Shown here in pieces: positions 1-14,100 of a stretch of 64,000 nt of DNA. Every line of letters starts with the position of its first letter. The stretch's first letter is position 1. Source of the DNA: Paragordius varius (Eukaryota > Animalia > Nematomorpha). The notes beneath the pieces are model-generated. The model was not told the DNA's origin. It saw only the letters and a list, made by a program, of their open reading frames with translations, and ran no database searches. The stretch lies in assembly GCA_964247055.1 (NCBI GenBank), contig OZ176051.1, forward strand, positions 5,208,001 through 5,272,000, read 5' to 3'. The position numbers and the translations under genes were made by a program.

Positions 1-223
1 TTGATATCCATCACACATAACAGTACAAGCAGGCGTAACTATACTTACGAAATAGCGAAAAATTGATCCGATCTTAGCTACAACGAAAACATTATTTTTC
101 CATACTTTTAGAATCAGGTCATTCTAAAAGCAAATTATTTATGATTTTTTAAAAAATTGTTATTTACATACACATATATCCTTAATTCGTTAAATATTAC
201 TGGCCTATTCTCAGCTCATTTTG

Positions 224-2595
224 ATGACGCTTTTGATATTTTGTTATGATGGCCACAACAAGAATTGGATTCATGGGTAATTAATTGATAGTTTTTTAAA
301 TTAATTTATATGAACTCTACTAGAAAATAATTACCAAATTAATTTATTTTAGGACATTCAATTCTGCATTTGTAGAATCGGAAAACTTGACTAATCAAAT
401 AGCAGCCATTCATTTTATCGAACAAAAGGATTCCGGAATCACTAATAGTACTTATTATAATGTAACAAATAATTTAAATGCTGAAAGCAAAAATAAAGGT
501 CAACAAAATGAACTGTTAAAGAGTTATAAAGCACTCTGTATAAATGGTAACATTTCCCTACCTACTGATCATCCAAAATGTACAAGGTTAAGGGAAAAAA
601 TCCGACAAGCCTTCATGTCCAAACTTGAGGAATACATGCTAAAAAATTATTACTTGACAAACAAATCACACATGGCTGTTTCTGATGGTAAAATAAAAAA
701 TGTAGGCCATGAAAAAATGCTAAAACATGCAAAAGATGTATTAAGTTTAGATGAAAAATTTATGCAAGCAGAACCAAAAATCCATTCCTTTCAAATAAAT
801 ATTAGCGATGTTGATGAAGAAGTGTTAAACAACACGTCGACATTAAATTCCGTAAGTTTGGAAAAAACAGTTAAACAAAATTACGATTCGGATACTACTA
901 TTGGGTTAGAGAAAGCCCCAGGAATAGAACAGAATATTAACAGTCAAACTACTTCAAACATCATGGATGATGATAGCATTAGACAAAATTTTAATATTAA
1001 TAATCAAAACAGTAATTACAATGTCGATAATAATTTATACGTACAAATGTTTTATCAAATGATGAAACAAAATTTGCAACAACAAAACAAATTGTTAATT
1101 TCAAATATTGCCTTAATACTGAAACGAATGGAGGCGCTATATGAAAAGGATCATGAACAAAATAAAAATATTTTACAACAAATACGCCAAGCTCTTCTTA
1201 GGTATTTTGGTCCTTCTCAAAAACCCAAATTTACTGATAAAATTATTGTAACAAAGCCGCCAAAATTATTATCTACGGATATTGTAACTCGTGAAAGCGA
1301 AATAGAAACAACAACACTTACTACTTTGTCAAAGTTAAGAAGTGAAGTCAAAGTTAAAATTAAACCCAATAAAAATACACCGCGGCCAAAGCTAGAGAAT
1401 TTAATCCTTACCCAAGATGATACATTCACTCAAAACTATGAATTATTCACTATGAAAAGTGCAACGATTGAATCCAAACCGATCCCTAGAGATTCTCTAC
1501 AATTTATGCGCTTTTCCCGAAAACTCGCAGGCAAACTTTTCGTCATGTTGAAGCAACAAAATAGGTTTAATAAAACTATATCATTTTAAAATTATGTTAA
1601 AAATATGAATATGCAATGAGAATTAATAATCAAGGGAACACAGTTTTTTTTGAGATCCAAGTATTTTAGTCTATTAATTCGAAATTTATGTTCTTATGGA
1701 ATATATGATTTCTTAGTTAATTTTTTTGTGTTTATTTCTTTAAAATACTTTAATTTCCCCCTAGTTACATAAAGGCCCTACTATCCTACATCATAAATTA
1801 TGCCCAAACCCAAAAAACAAAAGAGAGATTAATGTGGACCCTCATTAAAAGGTATCACATGTACGATTTAGCAATGACTCAAAGAATGCTAAAAAGAATA
1901 GAAACTCTCGATCAGGAAGATAATTTACGGGTAAAATTGCGGGCCCTAAAATTGAATAAACAAAATTTGATGGGTCAGTTATACCGCTTTTACGGGAGTA
2001 GGGCAAATCAGTATCCATCTAATGACTCAATCAATCATTATATTAACAAAGAGCTTGCAAAATTTTTGAAAATGTATGGAAATAAGAACGATACCTTTGT
2101 ACAAGAAGTACTTAATACGGAGTCTAATAAAAAATCAAGCAAAACTTTTGGAAAAGACGCTAAAATTATTACATTTAATCAGTTACCACCGAAAAAAGCC
2201 CCTAAATCAACTACTTATTTGACCCCAGAAACGGTTTTTATCTATTCTCATATTTTTAACCATTTTTAATATTCAAATAACCTTTAGATGATTTTTTATG
2301 ACCAATAAAAATTTAAAATTCAAAAATTTTGATTTCGTTTTGGTATAATCAGACATAATGGTTTTTCCTGTTTTCAGTTTATAAAAATAGGATAGTATAA
2401 TTAAAGCATTTCAAGAATGATTCACCATACATTTAGATATAAATACTATTAATTCTGTATAATAAATTTAGGAAACCCAAAAAACCTCTACTTTAATTAA
2501 TAAACTTAGTGATCAAATATCTCAAATCAGCTTAAAACAGACTTTGTTGGAGCCTAAAGCAAAGGCTTTAGCACAGCAAACAAAAGTCACACCAG
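224..2595 (+). CDS. Spliced gene of unknown function (N/K/Q/T-rich, at least ~619 aa); 3' end not resolved
   Basis: Phase-compatible GT-AG exons 224(or 215)-276, 353-1564, 1765-2233 and 2472-2595 join ORFs 387..1589 and 1832..2269 into one frame. No family motif recognised; the start codon and last exon are uncertain. Confidence 0.5.
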
Positions 2596-4102
2596 GTTTT
2601 ATTTAAAAATATGTAATAAACAGTTTTAGAGACTTAATCTGAGGATATTTTCCTCTTTTTAACTATTTTTCTTTTTCATTGAAAGTTGTGCTCAATCAAT
2701 GTCAAAACCCTTTTTCATCTAACCATATAAATATTTTGTATTTCCAACTTAAATTCATTTCATTTATCTTATTTTTATAACTGTCTTTTATTTTTTGAAA
2801 AATTAAGTATTTAACTATATTTTATTATTAAACTAATCTCATAATAATTTTGTTAATAAGAGTTTTTAGTAAAGATAAGTAAACTAGGTAGAACCGGAAC
2901 AGTTTTTGGTTGCAATTAAAAATCATTTTTTCTCGTCGTATCGGTTCCACTTCTATAAAAACTGTTTCGAATCAAATGTTATGGTTCCATTTTTTGTTCA
3001 AAAGGTTTATGATTTGTTTTAGAGATAGCTTAATTGTTTTAAAATGTTACTAAAAAGCCATGAATAGATAAATTTTTATCATGTAATAATTACTTTTATA
3101 TTTGATAACAAAACAATATAAAAATATATTTTATTAAATGGAAGTCAATTTTGGCTTCTGGGAGGCGAGCCTTTTAGTATGTTTCCAATATTTAACATAA
3201 TGTTGACCTGATTTTGATAATTTTGTATTTGTTTAATAAAAAGTAATTTTTTCCATAGACAAGTAGCCCAAACTGAAAATTCACCGTTTGCTCATTTATG
3301 TTGTAGGCATAAAATTTACAGTGTATGAAAATAATAAGACTATATTATATTTAATAATATATAACCGCATTGGCAAAAAAATATAGAATGAACCATAATA
3401 TTTATTTTTTTTGTTTATCGTCCAAAACACCGGCACAAATAATGTTTCCTGACCTGATCCCTGATTTTTTTCATTTTATTATTTATAAAAATTGTTGTTT
3501 TTTCGAAAAAAGTATATGTAGATGCAACTACTCTACTTTAGCTTTTTTCTATAATCAAACTTTTTGACTAATATTTGTAAATGGTAAAAGAAAACAAATG
3601 TCCAATAAACAAATGCTTTTGACTGTAAAATTAATGTTGAGTAAAAAAACATGATATTTTCAGAAGCTTCGGCGGGTATATCCAAAAAAGTAGTTGCAAA
3701 TATGCATATGATACCAGGCATGAGTTGTTTTTAACGTCTTAAAGGGAGATACAAATACTAAGGAGGTTGAGGGCTTTGGGATGTATTGCAAACGAAAATT
3801 TATTTTAGAAAAATAGTATAAAACGGATTTTTCTATATAATGTTACACACTTTTTGGCATTTAAAATAATTTTGCCCTTTTTATAGAAAAACAAATGAGG
3901 CCGACCAAAATTTATCATGTCATAAACAACGATCAATCTGGCCATATTCGAACCAAGGTTAATATTTTTACTTATATATATATATATATATATATATAGT
4001 TATATATCCTAGCCTGATAAAATTTGGGTCAAAAATGTGGTTTTGAAATAATTTTAGGTTAGAAAAATACCCTACTTAAAAACCCAATGGGGCTCAATCG
4101 CA

Positions 4103-4125
4103 TCTATAATAATAAAATGCAACAT
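4103..4125 (+). mobile_element. Possible Helitron 5' terminus (A|TCTATAATAATAAAATG)
   Basis: Resembles the 5' end of the Helitron family at 61.3 kb (TCTATCTATATTATAAAAATG). No matching hairpin+CTAG 3' end was found. Confidence 0.3.
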
Positions 4126-7100
4126 TGATATTAGCAGTTGAGCGATGTGGGAGCTGTTAACAGCTTTTTAAAAAGTGTTGAGAAATTTTTTGTGTTTTAA
4201 GGTGTATATCGCTTAACTACATATCTTAAAAAGTAGTCGTGTCCTGACACACGCCGCTGTGACTGAGTCAGATGCATTCATAAAAAAAATTGGGTTATTG
4301 TTAAAATCATCCTGCATTAAAGTATATTTATTAGGTGCAATACTTTAATATGATACCATGCAGTACAAATGAATGTTTGTTTTTAAAATTTTTTGGTCTA
4401 TGATTTCGATATTATTTCCAACCCAAATTAGTTATAACACTTTAGGTTTAAAAAAATCATTAATCACTTAATGTCTATGTTTAGATATTTAAAAATTTTC
4501 CGCTGCGATATTTGGAAAAATATCAAAGAGTCAGATTTTTGTTTTTAACCTTTTTACAAGAGGCGGACAAATTCTCAATCGTGGCCTACATCATAAATAA
4601 ACAGGGTAGAGAAATTCTTTGATCTCGTGTGCTGGAGCTCGACGAAACTACGCAATTTTCCAGCATCACTGTCAGCTCTCGTTAGGCGAGTGTTAAAAGC
4701 CTTCAGGAATCCGGATACATTTTAAATATTAAACCTTTAATAAAATAGGAAAAAAGAGACTTTAAATTGAATATTTTATCTACACTTCTAAAGCTCCATA
4801 TCAGAAAATGGTAAAATTTAGCACATTTGTTAAATATTTTTTTTGATGGAAGGTAAGTGCTTTCCAAAAAATACTATTTTTTTATATCATAAACTACATA
4901 TAAAAGGCAAACTATATTTTTATAAAATTTTATTTTTTAGATGAGGCTCCAAACCAATATTTTCGCCTCTTAAAATAAAGTGACTTTTAATTATATCCTA
5001 AATTTTAACATCAACAAAAGTTTTTTCCGATAAAATGAATATTTTGCCTTTTATTTATAGCAAAATTTCGTTGAAGCGCTGTTCTCACTATTTTGAAGCC
5101 TGATGAAAAAGGTATAAAAATACTTATAGTATAAAAATACTTTTTCTATATAATTCGATGATGCTAAACATTTCCAACACCTCAGTTTGATTAAAATATT
5201 TGTTTCTCTAATATAAATTGTGACTTTTACAAAAATATCCCAAATTTAGATATAGGATGTTGTTTGCTTTTATATGTAAAATATAATATATTCGTTAATA
5301 TCTTTTAGAGTGAAGCATTTAGCTTGCGCCAAAAAAATTTATATAACAAAATGTGCGCAAATGCCATTTTTTCATAAGGATCAGTTGCCACAAAAATGTA
5401 ATTAACTTTAACACGCGTAAGTATTAAAATCAAAAGCACCATGTTAAATCTGATACATTTTCCTATAGAATATATATATTTAACCAGAGGTATTTTTTGT
5501 ACCTCCGATTTTGGACGCAGTATATATATAAAATACATTTTTAACTAAGTTAATTGTTTTAAATATTGATGATTTTCATGAAAACTGAGCACAGTAAAAT
5601 ATAAAAAAGAATTTGAAGTTTTGTCAAAATGAATGGCTCAATACAGTTCAAGTGTTACCAACCTTAAATTATAAATTTGCGCTATTATTAATTAATTTTA
5701 TATTTTACGATATTTTTTAGTTTTGGAAAGATGGAAAAAAGAAGTCAGCAATGCAATTAAAATATCTTCATTATCCCAAATAGATTGGTGCATATCAAAC
5801 AAAATTCCATTTAATATTATGTTACCGTATACTGTGGTATACTCATTTGATATGTTGTCGCTATTTCTAAATAAAGTGGATCCCTGTTAAAAAATAAATT
5901 AACATACAACCAAGCAAAATTTATTATTTAAAAATTAAAAATGCAATCTTATTGGAAATAAACGCATTAGCAAAGTCTAAAATTGATTTATGGAAGTAGT
6001 AATATGTTTCCATATTAACCCTTCATTACCTGTGGGGGGTTGTGCACCCGAAAGCGATATTAAATTAGAGCATCTTAATAAGTATTCGAAATATTGACTT
6101 TAAAAAGATGCACACTTCATCATTTAGATGAATGATTTAATTTTTTAAAAAAATTGTAAAAACATCCAAAACTTTCTCGCCGCCATTTTTTTTTGATTTT
6201 ATTATATTGTTACTACAAGCAATATATGTGTATGATGGTTAAAAATGTAAATAATTAAATTTTTTTATTTTGGAGGCAAATTTTTAATATTTATTTTAAA
6301 ATCACCTGCATGTTTCAATCGTGTTTTGGAGCTATCCCATTTGGTACACTGGAAGTTAGAAAACTGTCAAAAACTTTTTATGTACTTCAGGGCACTTGAT
6401 TATCAAATTTCAACTAAAACATGAATAACAGCGATATTAATTCTCTGCGGTTAATACTACCCCACATGCAATAGTCTACAAAATAGAATTATTAAAATAT
6501 GTTACAATTTTACGGGGCTTTTACTAACCGTGTTTAATTTTTAAAAACATATTGAGATTGTTTGTATTTGTTGGCAAAAACCTTACATCGTATGATCCAC
6601 GATTTAATTGATGTGCTGGGTTAAATTAAAACTTGCCTTTACCAAAATTTTATTTTTTGCTATTAAACAGTAATGAATGAGGATATTAATAAAAAAATTA
6701 TTGTGTATATTTGCTTAAAATGAGATGAAATATAAAGAGAATGGTGGTTAATATTTCAGTAAAATCACATATAGGAATGGTGGCCTTACGAGTCATCTAA
6801 AAAAACATTTACTTTATATTAGTCCATATTTGAAAATCGCAAAATTAGCGCACATTATGTTAAATTTTTATTGTGGAAAGCTAGATGCCTCATTCCAAAA
6901 ATCATCATTAAAATATAGAAGAAGCTCCATTATAAAAAGGTATATATTAATATGATATGAGAAAGCCTCAAATTTTTGGACCTATCTCTAGGGTTAGTTT
7001 ATTTAAAATACGCGTAAAAAATTTAATTAGATTATGATATCAAAAAGTTATTTTTTAAAAAATGCATACCTTGTTTACAGATTTATTTTTATCAAAATTT

Positions 7101-7702
7101 TGTAAAGCGTAAATTGTATTAAAAGTATGTTAGAGTTATAGAAACATTTTAAGATATAATACCTTTTTTATATAATGATGCTGAACACTATCATATGAAT
7201 TTTTATTATTCGTTCGTTTCTAAAATTAAGTGATATATAAATTGTGTTGGCAAAGATTTCCAAAATTTTTTAACAAGCAACACAAATGTTGGTATTAAGT
7301 TTCAAAAGACAAATTTAATAATCAATAATCATTATTCTTACAATAACTCTTATACTTTGTTTATTTTATCCATCAAGAATTCATTGTTTCATCATTCTAA
7401 ATTTATTCATAAAATGCCCCAAGAATAAATCTGACCTAATAAAAATCCATTTCATTATGATTATATTTATTTCAAACGTGTACGTTTCTAAATGTGCATA
7501 ATATATTCATTAGGCATTATAGTATATGTATACAATTATGTGGTGATTACAAATTAATATGCTGAAAAATAGGTAAAAAATTTACAAATTTTATCAAACA
7601 AATGATTATTAATATAGATATGTTATATATATAAAACTAGGAGAAGGGGTTAACAAAAAATGCATATTGACACATGGGCGAACTAATACACTACCTTGAT
7701 TA

Positions 7703-7707
<5 letters not shown>

Positions 7708-7739
<32 letters not shown>
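7708..7739. repeat. (TA)n microsatellite; similar tracts near 3975, 19447, 20127, 42608, 45520, 49473 and 51124
   Basis: Directly visible dinucleotide runs. Confidence 0.9.
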
Positions 7740-7740
<1 letters not shown>

Positions 7741-8173
7741 GATAATTTTAACGTTATTTTATTTTAATTAAATAATAGGGAATACTAATATATTAAATCC
7801 GACATTTCAAAAACTATTCGTTAGTTATTAAATAAGTTTACAATAAATATTTAATACTGTGAAAAGAAAGAAAAACGAAATACTAATTTAAAATTCAATC
7901 ATTCAAAATATTGAAAATATATATATGAATCCAGAAATTTTATGTTGGCAAATTCAAAGTAAAATAAGCAATGGAAAGTAATCTAATCAAAAAAACTGTT
8001 TTTTTACAAAAATTGAGCCAATAAAAATTATTGATTGCCAGAAGATTGTAACATGTTATTGTTCTATTGCCACTTAAGACAAGTACAATAAATATCTACT
8101 TTCCGGAGAAAATTAAATTAAATTTTAACATAAAAAAATAAAGATTAATGGAACTCAGATGGCATAAAACGCG

Positions 8174-11100
8174 TTACGTAGCCGTCTTAATGGGTGAAAG
8201 AGTAGGCGCATTATTAGAGACAGATATAGATCCACTATTCGATGGGGTGGTCCTTGTCACAGAACTAACTACAACAGGATCCTTGAGTGGTATCACTTTA
8301 GTGGGTGAAGTTATGGATTTATTAACACCTATACAGTAATATGATACAATGATCAAATGTAAAACAAATTCAAGTTCAAAATAATTCCACAAAAGAAAAA
8401 TTTCTATCGATGGATAATAAGTTTACCTGCATCCGTTCCGTTCGCTACATCACTCCTTACATTTGAAGTATTTGTCGTGTTATTAATTTTTGCCGATGCT
8501 ATAAACCCATTGGGGAGAAACGAAGCAACCTTTTCCGACCCGTTTGTAGAGCCACTTGATTTTGCCGTCGGAGACGGGGTCGAATTCTTGGAAAGTGCCA
8601 TTTCAGCCCTATCGAGGGCCCGTAACATACTTTCATGATCAAAGTGAAGCAGCGAAGACTCTGCACTCTCAATTTCGGACCCTATTTCACTGTCAGTCAC
8701 GTCATTATCACTGTGTCCATTGTTATTCGGGTTAGCAGACTTGTCTGGTGCATTCAGTAAGGTATCCCCATTCCTTGCATCCTCCATATCACCTTCGGAA
8801 TCATCATTGGGGTTTTCTTCCATTTCATCGTTGGAGAGGGCCTTGCGGAATTCGCGGATATCCATGCGCTTAAGCGCTTCCCATGATGCTTGACCATTGT
8901 CACCAAAGAGTAAATTCATAATTTTGCTGTTATTACCAGCGGCCGTATTATTGGTGATTGTAGTGTCGCTTTCCAAAGAGGTTCTACTACTCTTAAAGCT
9001 CATGGTGGGAAGAGCTCGCTTCGTTGCTGGGCTCAAAGCTTTCTTAAGGTCAAAGTTCGAATCAGCATCGGTTTTTAGGGGTAATAAATGTTTCCCTATC
9101 CCGTTCAGTCCTATCTTATTAAACAGTCTAACAGCGAAGCCATCCCCACTGTTATGGTCAGAAGCAAAATCTGGATCACCAGGGCTCGTATCAGGGTCCA
9201 TTTTAGTACCAACAAAAAAGGCTACAAACAATTCCCTCAGATAATTTAACACGGCTCGTTTGGCTTCCTTCATCAACAGTATTATACCTCTCAAAGCCAC
9301 GAGCGTTTTGGCTACTAAACCCCCCTTGCACACCGCAATGTGATGCCTCAAAAGCAAAAGCTGACGTTGACTATGAATGAGAGCTGCACTCCAAGACGCT
9401 GGCAGAATGCGTATGGCAATGTGATCCATAAACAACATACCACGGATGAAGATACGTTCACACAAAAGGTAGTAACGGGAAGGAAATGTCTAAAAATCCA
9501 AAGGGAATAATTTTACAATATATAAATGTCATAGCTGTGCATGCATTTTGCATAAAAACATGGTTTGCTTAAATTTCGTGAATTTTCCTAAAAGCATAAC
9601 AAGCTATAGATAAATGTGCATCAATTTTCATATATGCATAATGTATAGCCATAATTAAAATACTTCTAATCCTATAAAACGTAAGACAATATAATTCTAG
9701 GCGTATAGTGCCTAGAGAATTTTTTAAAAATAATAATATTTAACACCATCAATGTCAACGCTATTAGAACACACTATAATATTTGATTGTTCAGATGGTA
9801 CTGGTAAAATAAATAAGGAGGAAAATAATACATACAATTGTATAGTAAACTAGTCCTGGAAATTTTTTTTCAGACGAAAACTTTGTTAATACCCAAGCAA
9901 GGTTCAGTGTTTTCTCGGGCAAACGTGAAATGGTATAACGTGTATCTCGATAAAACAATTGAATCTGTTATTTACATAAAATTACGCTAATTATAAATTG
10001 CATTAATATAATATAAACTTGATTTGTTAGTCAACAAAGGACCAAATATAGGGAAAAATTATTGAATAGTAGAAATAAATTTATTTTTTGTTTTTATTAC
10101 ATAAAAACTTGTGGTTTTTTTCAATACACTAAAAATATTATAAAATACAGATAAATAATAATAAAAAATAAAATATACTTGAACTACAAAAAACTTGGTG
10201 AGACTAACGATATGTGTTAAACGATCGAATCGGGTAACAAGCGTAATAAAAGCGAATTTAATTCTCCTAAACATGGAAAAGAAGAGGTACAACATTGATC
10301 CAATTAGGGTTGGTGTATCGCGATTCGTTTCATTAGTATCGCTTGCTTCTGTGAATGCAATAAACAAATTATAAACAGTCGCCTTTATTAGTGTATATTC
10401 TTTAAAAATACTAGTTAGGGCCTGTCAAGCGTTGCTGTGACTTAATCGACACGATTTATGAATCGGTTCAACATATTTTTCTCGAATAAACTCTGAGTAA
10501 GAAAATAATAACATTAAGATTCTATTAAACGTATTTATACAGTCATACCATATCTAACCATCCCTCACGTGTTAAAATGCAAATTTAATCATAATATGGG
10601 GGTAGGTAGTCGTCTGCCTCAAATTGTGTGTGGTGTTGATTGTACATTGAATAAATTAAAAAAAGTTAAATTAGCCTATTAAATAAAAAGCAATTATCAT
10701 GGCTGAATTGGTTCTACATATCAAAATGCTTAAAGTAGTAGACATCATTTAGATAAAGATTAGGTATAATGCAAATTCCTTAAAAAGCTTACCTTATTGA
10801 GGAGGATTTCAAAAATGTAACGCATTTTCCATTTTTTTACGACTACAGATATTTAAAATTTTTAGAATTCAAAATTTGTCTCAAAGTCATTTTTTATGTT
10901 TAGACATTTTACAGAGGGGAATTTAAAAAGACTACTCAGCTCCTACATTCGTGAGTAAAATATTTAGGACCATTTCGAATCATAGGCCTCCTTCGGTAAA
11001 ACTACTTTAAGCTATTGTCGGTAGGCTTAGGACCAGGTATTACTATCAAAAAACGATTCATCACGCTCTAGGGCCAAGTCTAGGCAATTTAAAGAAGCTC

Positions 11101-14100
11101 TTTGCAGTAGTAAATGAAATATAAATTATTAATTAATTAAAATGTTCATAACTAATATTATAAATTAATAATTTACCTATTCCCGCAGAAACAACGTTTC
11201 CGTTTCTTATAACATTTGTAAGGGATGATACAAATTTGGTAGGACTTCGAACTATACCCATAATAGTGTTGTTTGGCTTTTCTTCCGTTTTCTAATAATA
11301 TAACACCAAATTAAACACTATACAATATCCTTTAATTATACTAGCTGGCCCTGTCACGCTTCGCTAAGACGTAGTCTCACCGATAATTATTCTCAATAAT
11401 TTGCAATAACTTAGGTAATGGAGATAAAAAAATAATAAAAAACATATTTGATAAAAAAAATGTCTTTAATTATTTTTTTTACGGGTTTTTGCATAGGCTT
11501 AAATATTGTTTACTCGAAATTGACCATATTTAAACTGTCGCTTATTAAAGTTAATATACAATTATCATTGGATTTATTTTAAAATTTTCGTTTTACAAAA
11601 TCATGGTTAAATTTTTTTATTTAGAAATCGTGTTTGCAGCTGGGATCAAGGGATATAAAAAGTATGTTTATGGTCCCTTTTTAAAGGAATGAATGATATT
11701 ATACAAATTCCTAGAAATGTCTTTTACTAAACTCGTATGGCTTCTTAGGTTTTTTTGAAAATTAGCTCCAAAACCACGCCATTTTTGTATGACATCTCGG
11801 TTTTAAACCGGTAGACCCCTACTATGGAAAAGCGATCAGTTAAATTCTTTGCCTTTATGGGGCAAATATTTGGCATCATTTTTGATACCATCATCTCATG
11901 GGTTATTCGAAACAATACCTCAACACTATAAAATCGTTATAGATGGTGTATTTTTAGGGCATAAAGGCCCCAAATTAACGGCTTTTTTAACCTAGCTACG
12001 GGTAATTCACTTTTAATGAGCTCACATGGCTACATTATTTTCTGTAAATTAGCTCCAAAATAACGCAATTTCTATATAGGGGCGCAGTTTTTGGCGGGTA
12101 GCTCCTAACCCAGGGGCAGGTATAAAAAAAGCATTGGGCAAAATTTTTGCCTTTATATGGGGAACATCGATTCCATATGTTCCTATTAGACACATAGGTT
12201 TGCTGAAATTTAGCTCCAAAGGCATGCTGTATCGATATGGTGACGCACGAGGGTAGCCCCCTAACCAGCGGCTAAACAAAAAACGCTCGATTATTATTAC
12301 CTAGAAAATGCTCTCGTGGGATTTTCAAAAAATTGCCTTAAATCCAAAAAGTCATTCTATGGTGGGGAATTTTTCAGGGGAAGGGCCTAATTAGGGGTAA
12401 TTTAATAAAACCGCTCTCCTTATATTATTGCCCTTTTACGGGTAATATTTCAGGCCCTTATTCTAAAATTTGCCTCCAAAGTTATGCTGTATCGAAATGA
12501 TGGCGTAGTTGTTGGCAAGTAGCTCCCTACCCAGAGGCCAATATAAAAAAACGTTTAATAAAAAATTTTGCCTTTATGGGGGAATACCCGGAATTATTAT
12601 TCATTCCATATGTTCTAGATAGTTTTGGCTTTAAAACTAAATAACAATTCAATGATAGGAAATTTTTAGGGCGTAGAGGGCCTAATTAACCAGTAATTTT
12701 AAAGAACCGCTCGACTTAAATTTTTGCCCTTTTACGGGTAATATTTCAACCCTTATTTAACCTATATGGCCTGATAAGTTTTCTGAAAAAGAACTCCTAA
12801 ACAACGAAATTTCGATATGGTGGCTCAATTATAGGTGGTAGCTCCATACCCAGAGGCTAATTCAAAAAAGCGCTTGATTATAATTTTTGCTTTTTTACGG
12901 AGAACACCTGCTGGAATCATAATTGATTCCATATGCTCTCAATAGTTTTTGGAAAAATTGCCTCAAAACTAAAAAATCCTTCTACGGTGCAGCATTTGTC
13001 AGGGTGTGAAAAGCCTAATTAACCGCTAGTTTCAAAAAACCGTACGACCTAAATTTTTGCCTTGTGAATGATATTTTAAGCACCTATTGAACTCATATGG
13101 TCTGATAGGTCTTCTGAAATATAGCCCCAAATGCACGCTATTTTGATGTAACGGGCAGTATTTAGAGGGTATCTCCTTACCCAGATGCCAATATAAATAA
13201 AACGGGCGAATAAAATTTTTGCCTTTTAACAGGTAATATCTGAAGTCCTCATAAAATTTTTACGGTCTCATACCTTGGGTGAAAAATAAAAAACTATTTT
13301 TGTGAACTTTTGAAAAAAATGGCATTTTACGGTGGGAGCGGGTAAAAAGAGGGCTTAAATTAAAACAGCGAGCCGACTATGTACGGCGCAATAAAAAAAA
13401 AGTAAAAAAATCATATTTGTATAGGTTCCCCGGAAAATTGTCTCAAAAACACGATTTTTGTGGACTCGTTTTTCAAAAAAACCGTTTTTTAAACGGGGTG
13501 GGCCTGCACTGGGGGCCTAATTTAAAAAGGGACGAAGCTATTGTCGGGACATTAATTAATGATATTTTCGACATTTGGATTTGAATGTGTCTACTGGTTT
13601 TCCGGAAACAGATCATAAAGCCACCATTTTCCATTTTTAATATATAAACTCAAAGTTTATAGTCATAGTAAAATTTTTTAATTTCGTCATAAATGTGACA
13701 AAATAGAGGTATAAATGGAAGGAAACTTTGATCATACCTCTCTACTTGCAGATGTAGGTCTTCTAGCAGTCTCGTCAAGCTTTTTCAATCTTTGTTCTCT
13801 TAATTCGTTAAGCGTGGCCCGTAAATCCTGTACCTTTAACGCTGCCGAAGTTCCCCAAACTTTAATAAGCCTTGGATGGGACATGTGAGATGGTGGAGGG
13901 GCTAAAGATGAATTTTCAGGAACGAGATTTTCTGAATTGCTATTTTCTGGTTTTTTAGAGGAGGTTGGTGGTTCAGGCAAGTAATGATCAACAGTTTTAT
14001 ACATCCATTCCATTATGGCTATCCCAAAACGGGTACGGAAAATAATGGAATCCAAAACATAAAGCATAAAGAGAATCACATCTCCAACGACAGAACTACC

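Noticed and set aside
1480-2070. BEN-domain-like phrases (FSRKLAGKLF; LYRFY...INHYINKEL)
   Set aside because: After splicing, the spacing and intervening sequence do not fit a BEN domain; the resemblance is only a few residues.
8148-9244. Plus-strand ORFs 8148..8339 and 8897..9244
   Set aside because: Antisense shadows of perilipin exons. The same applies to 1217..1429, 24943..25284, 26223..26417, 28614..28874, 34131..34454, 37080..37454, 38262..38543, 39606..39860, 40797..41003 and 62102..62308, which lie opposite real exons.
10680-10800. Candidate extra perilipin exon in intron 4
   Set aside because: It has stops in all three frames after the AG, and the flanking exons already join in phase.
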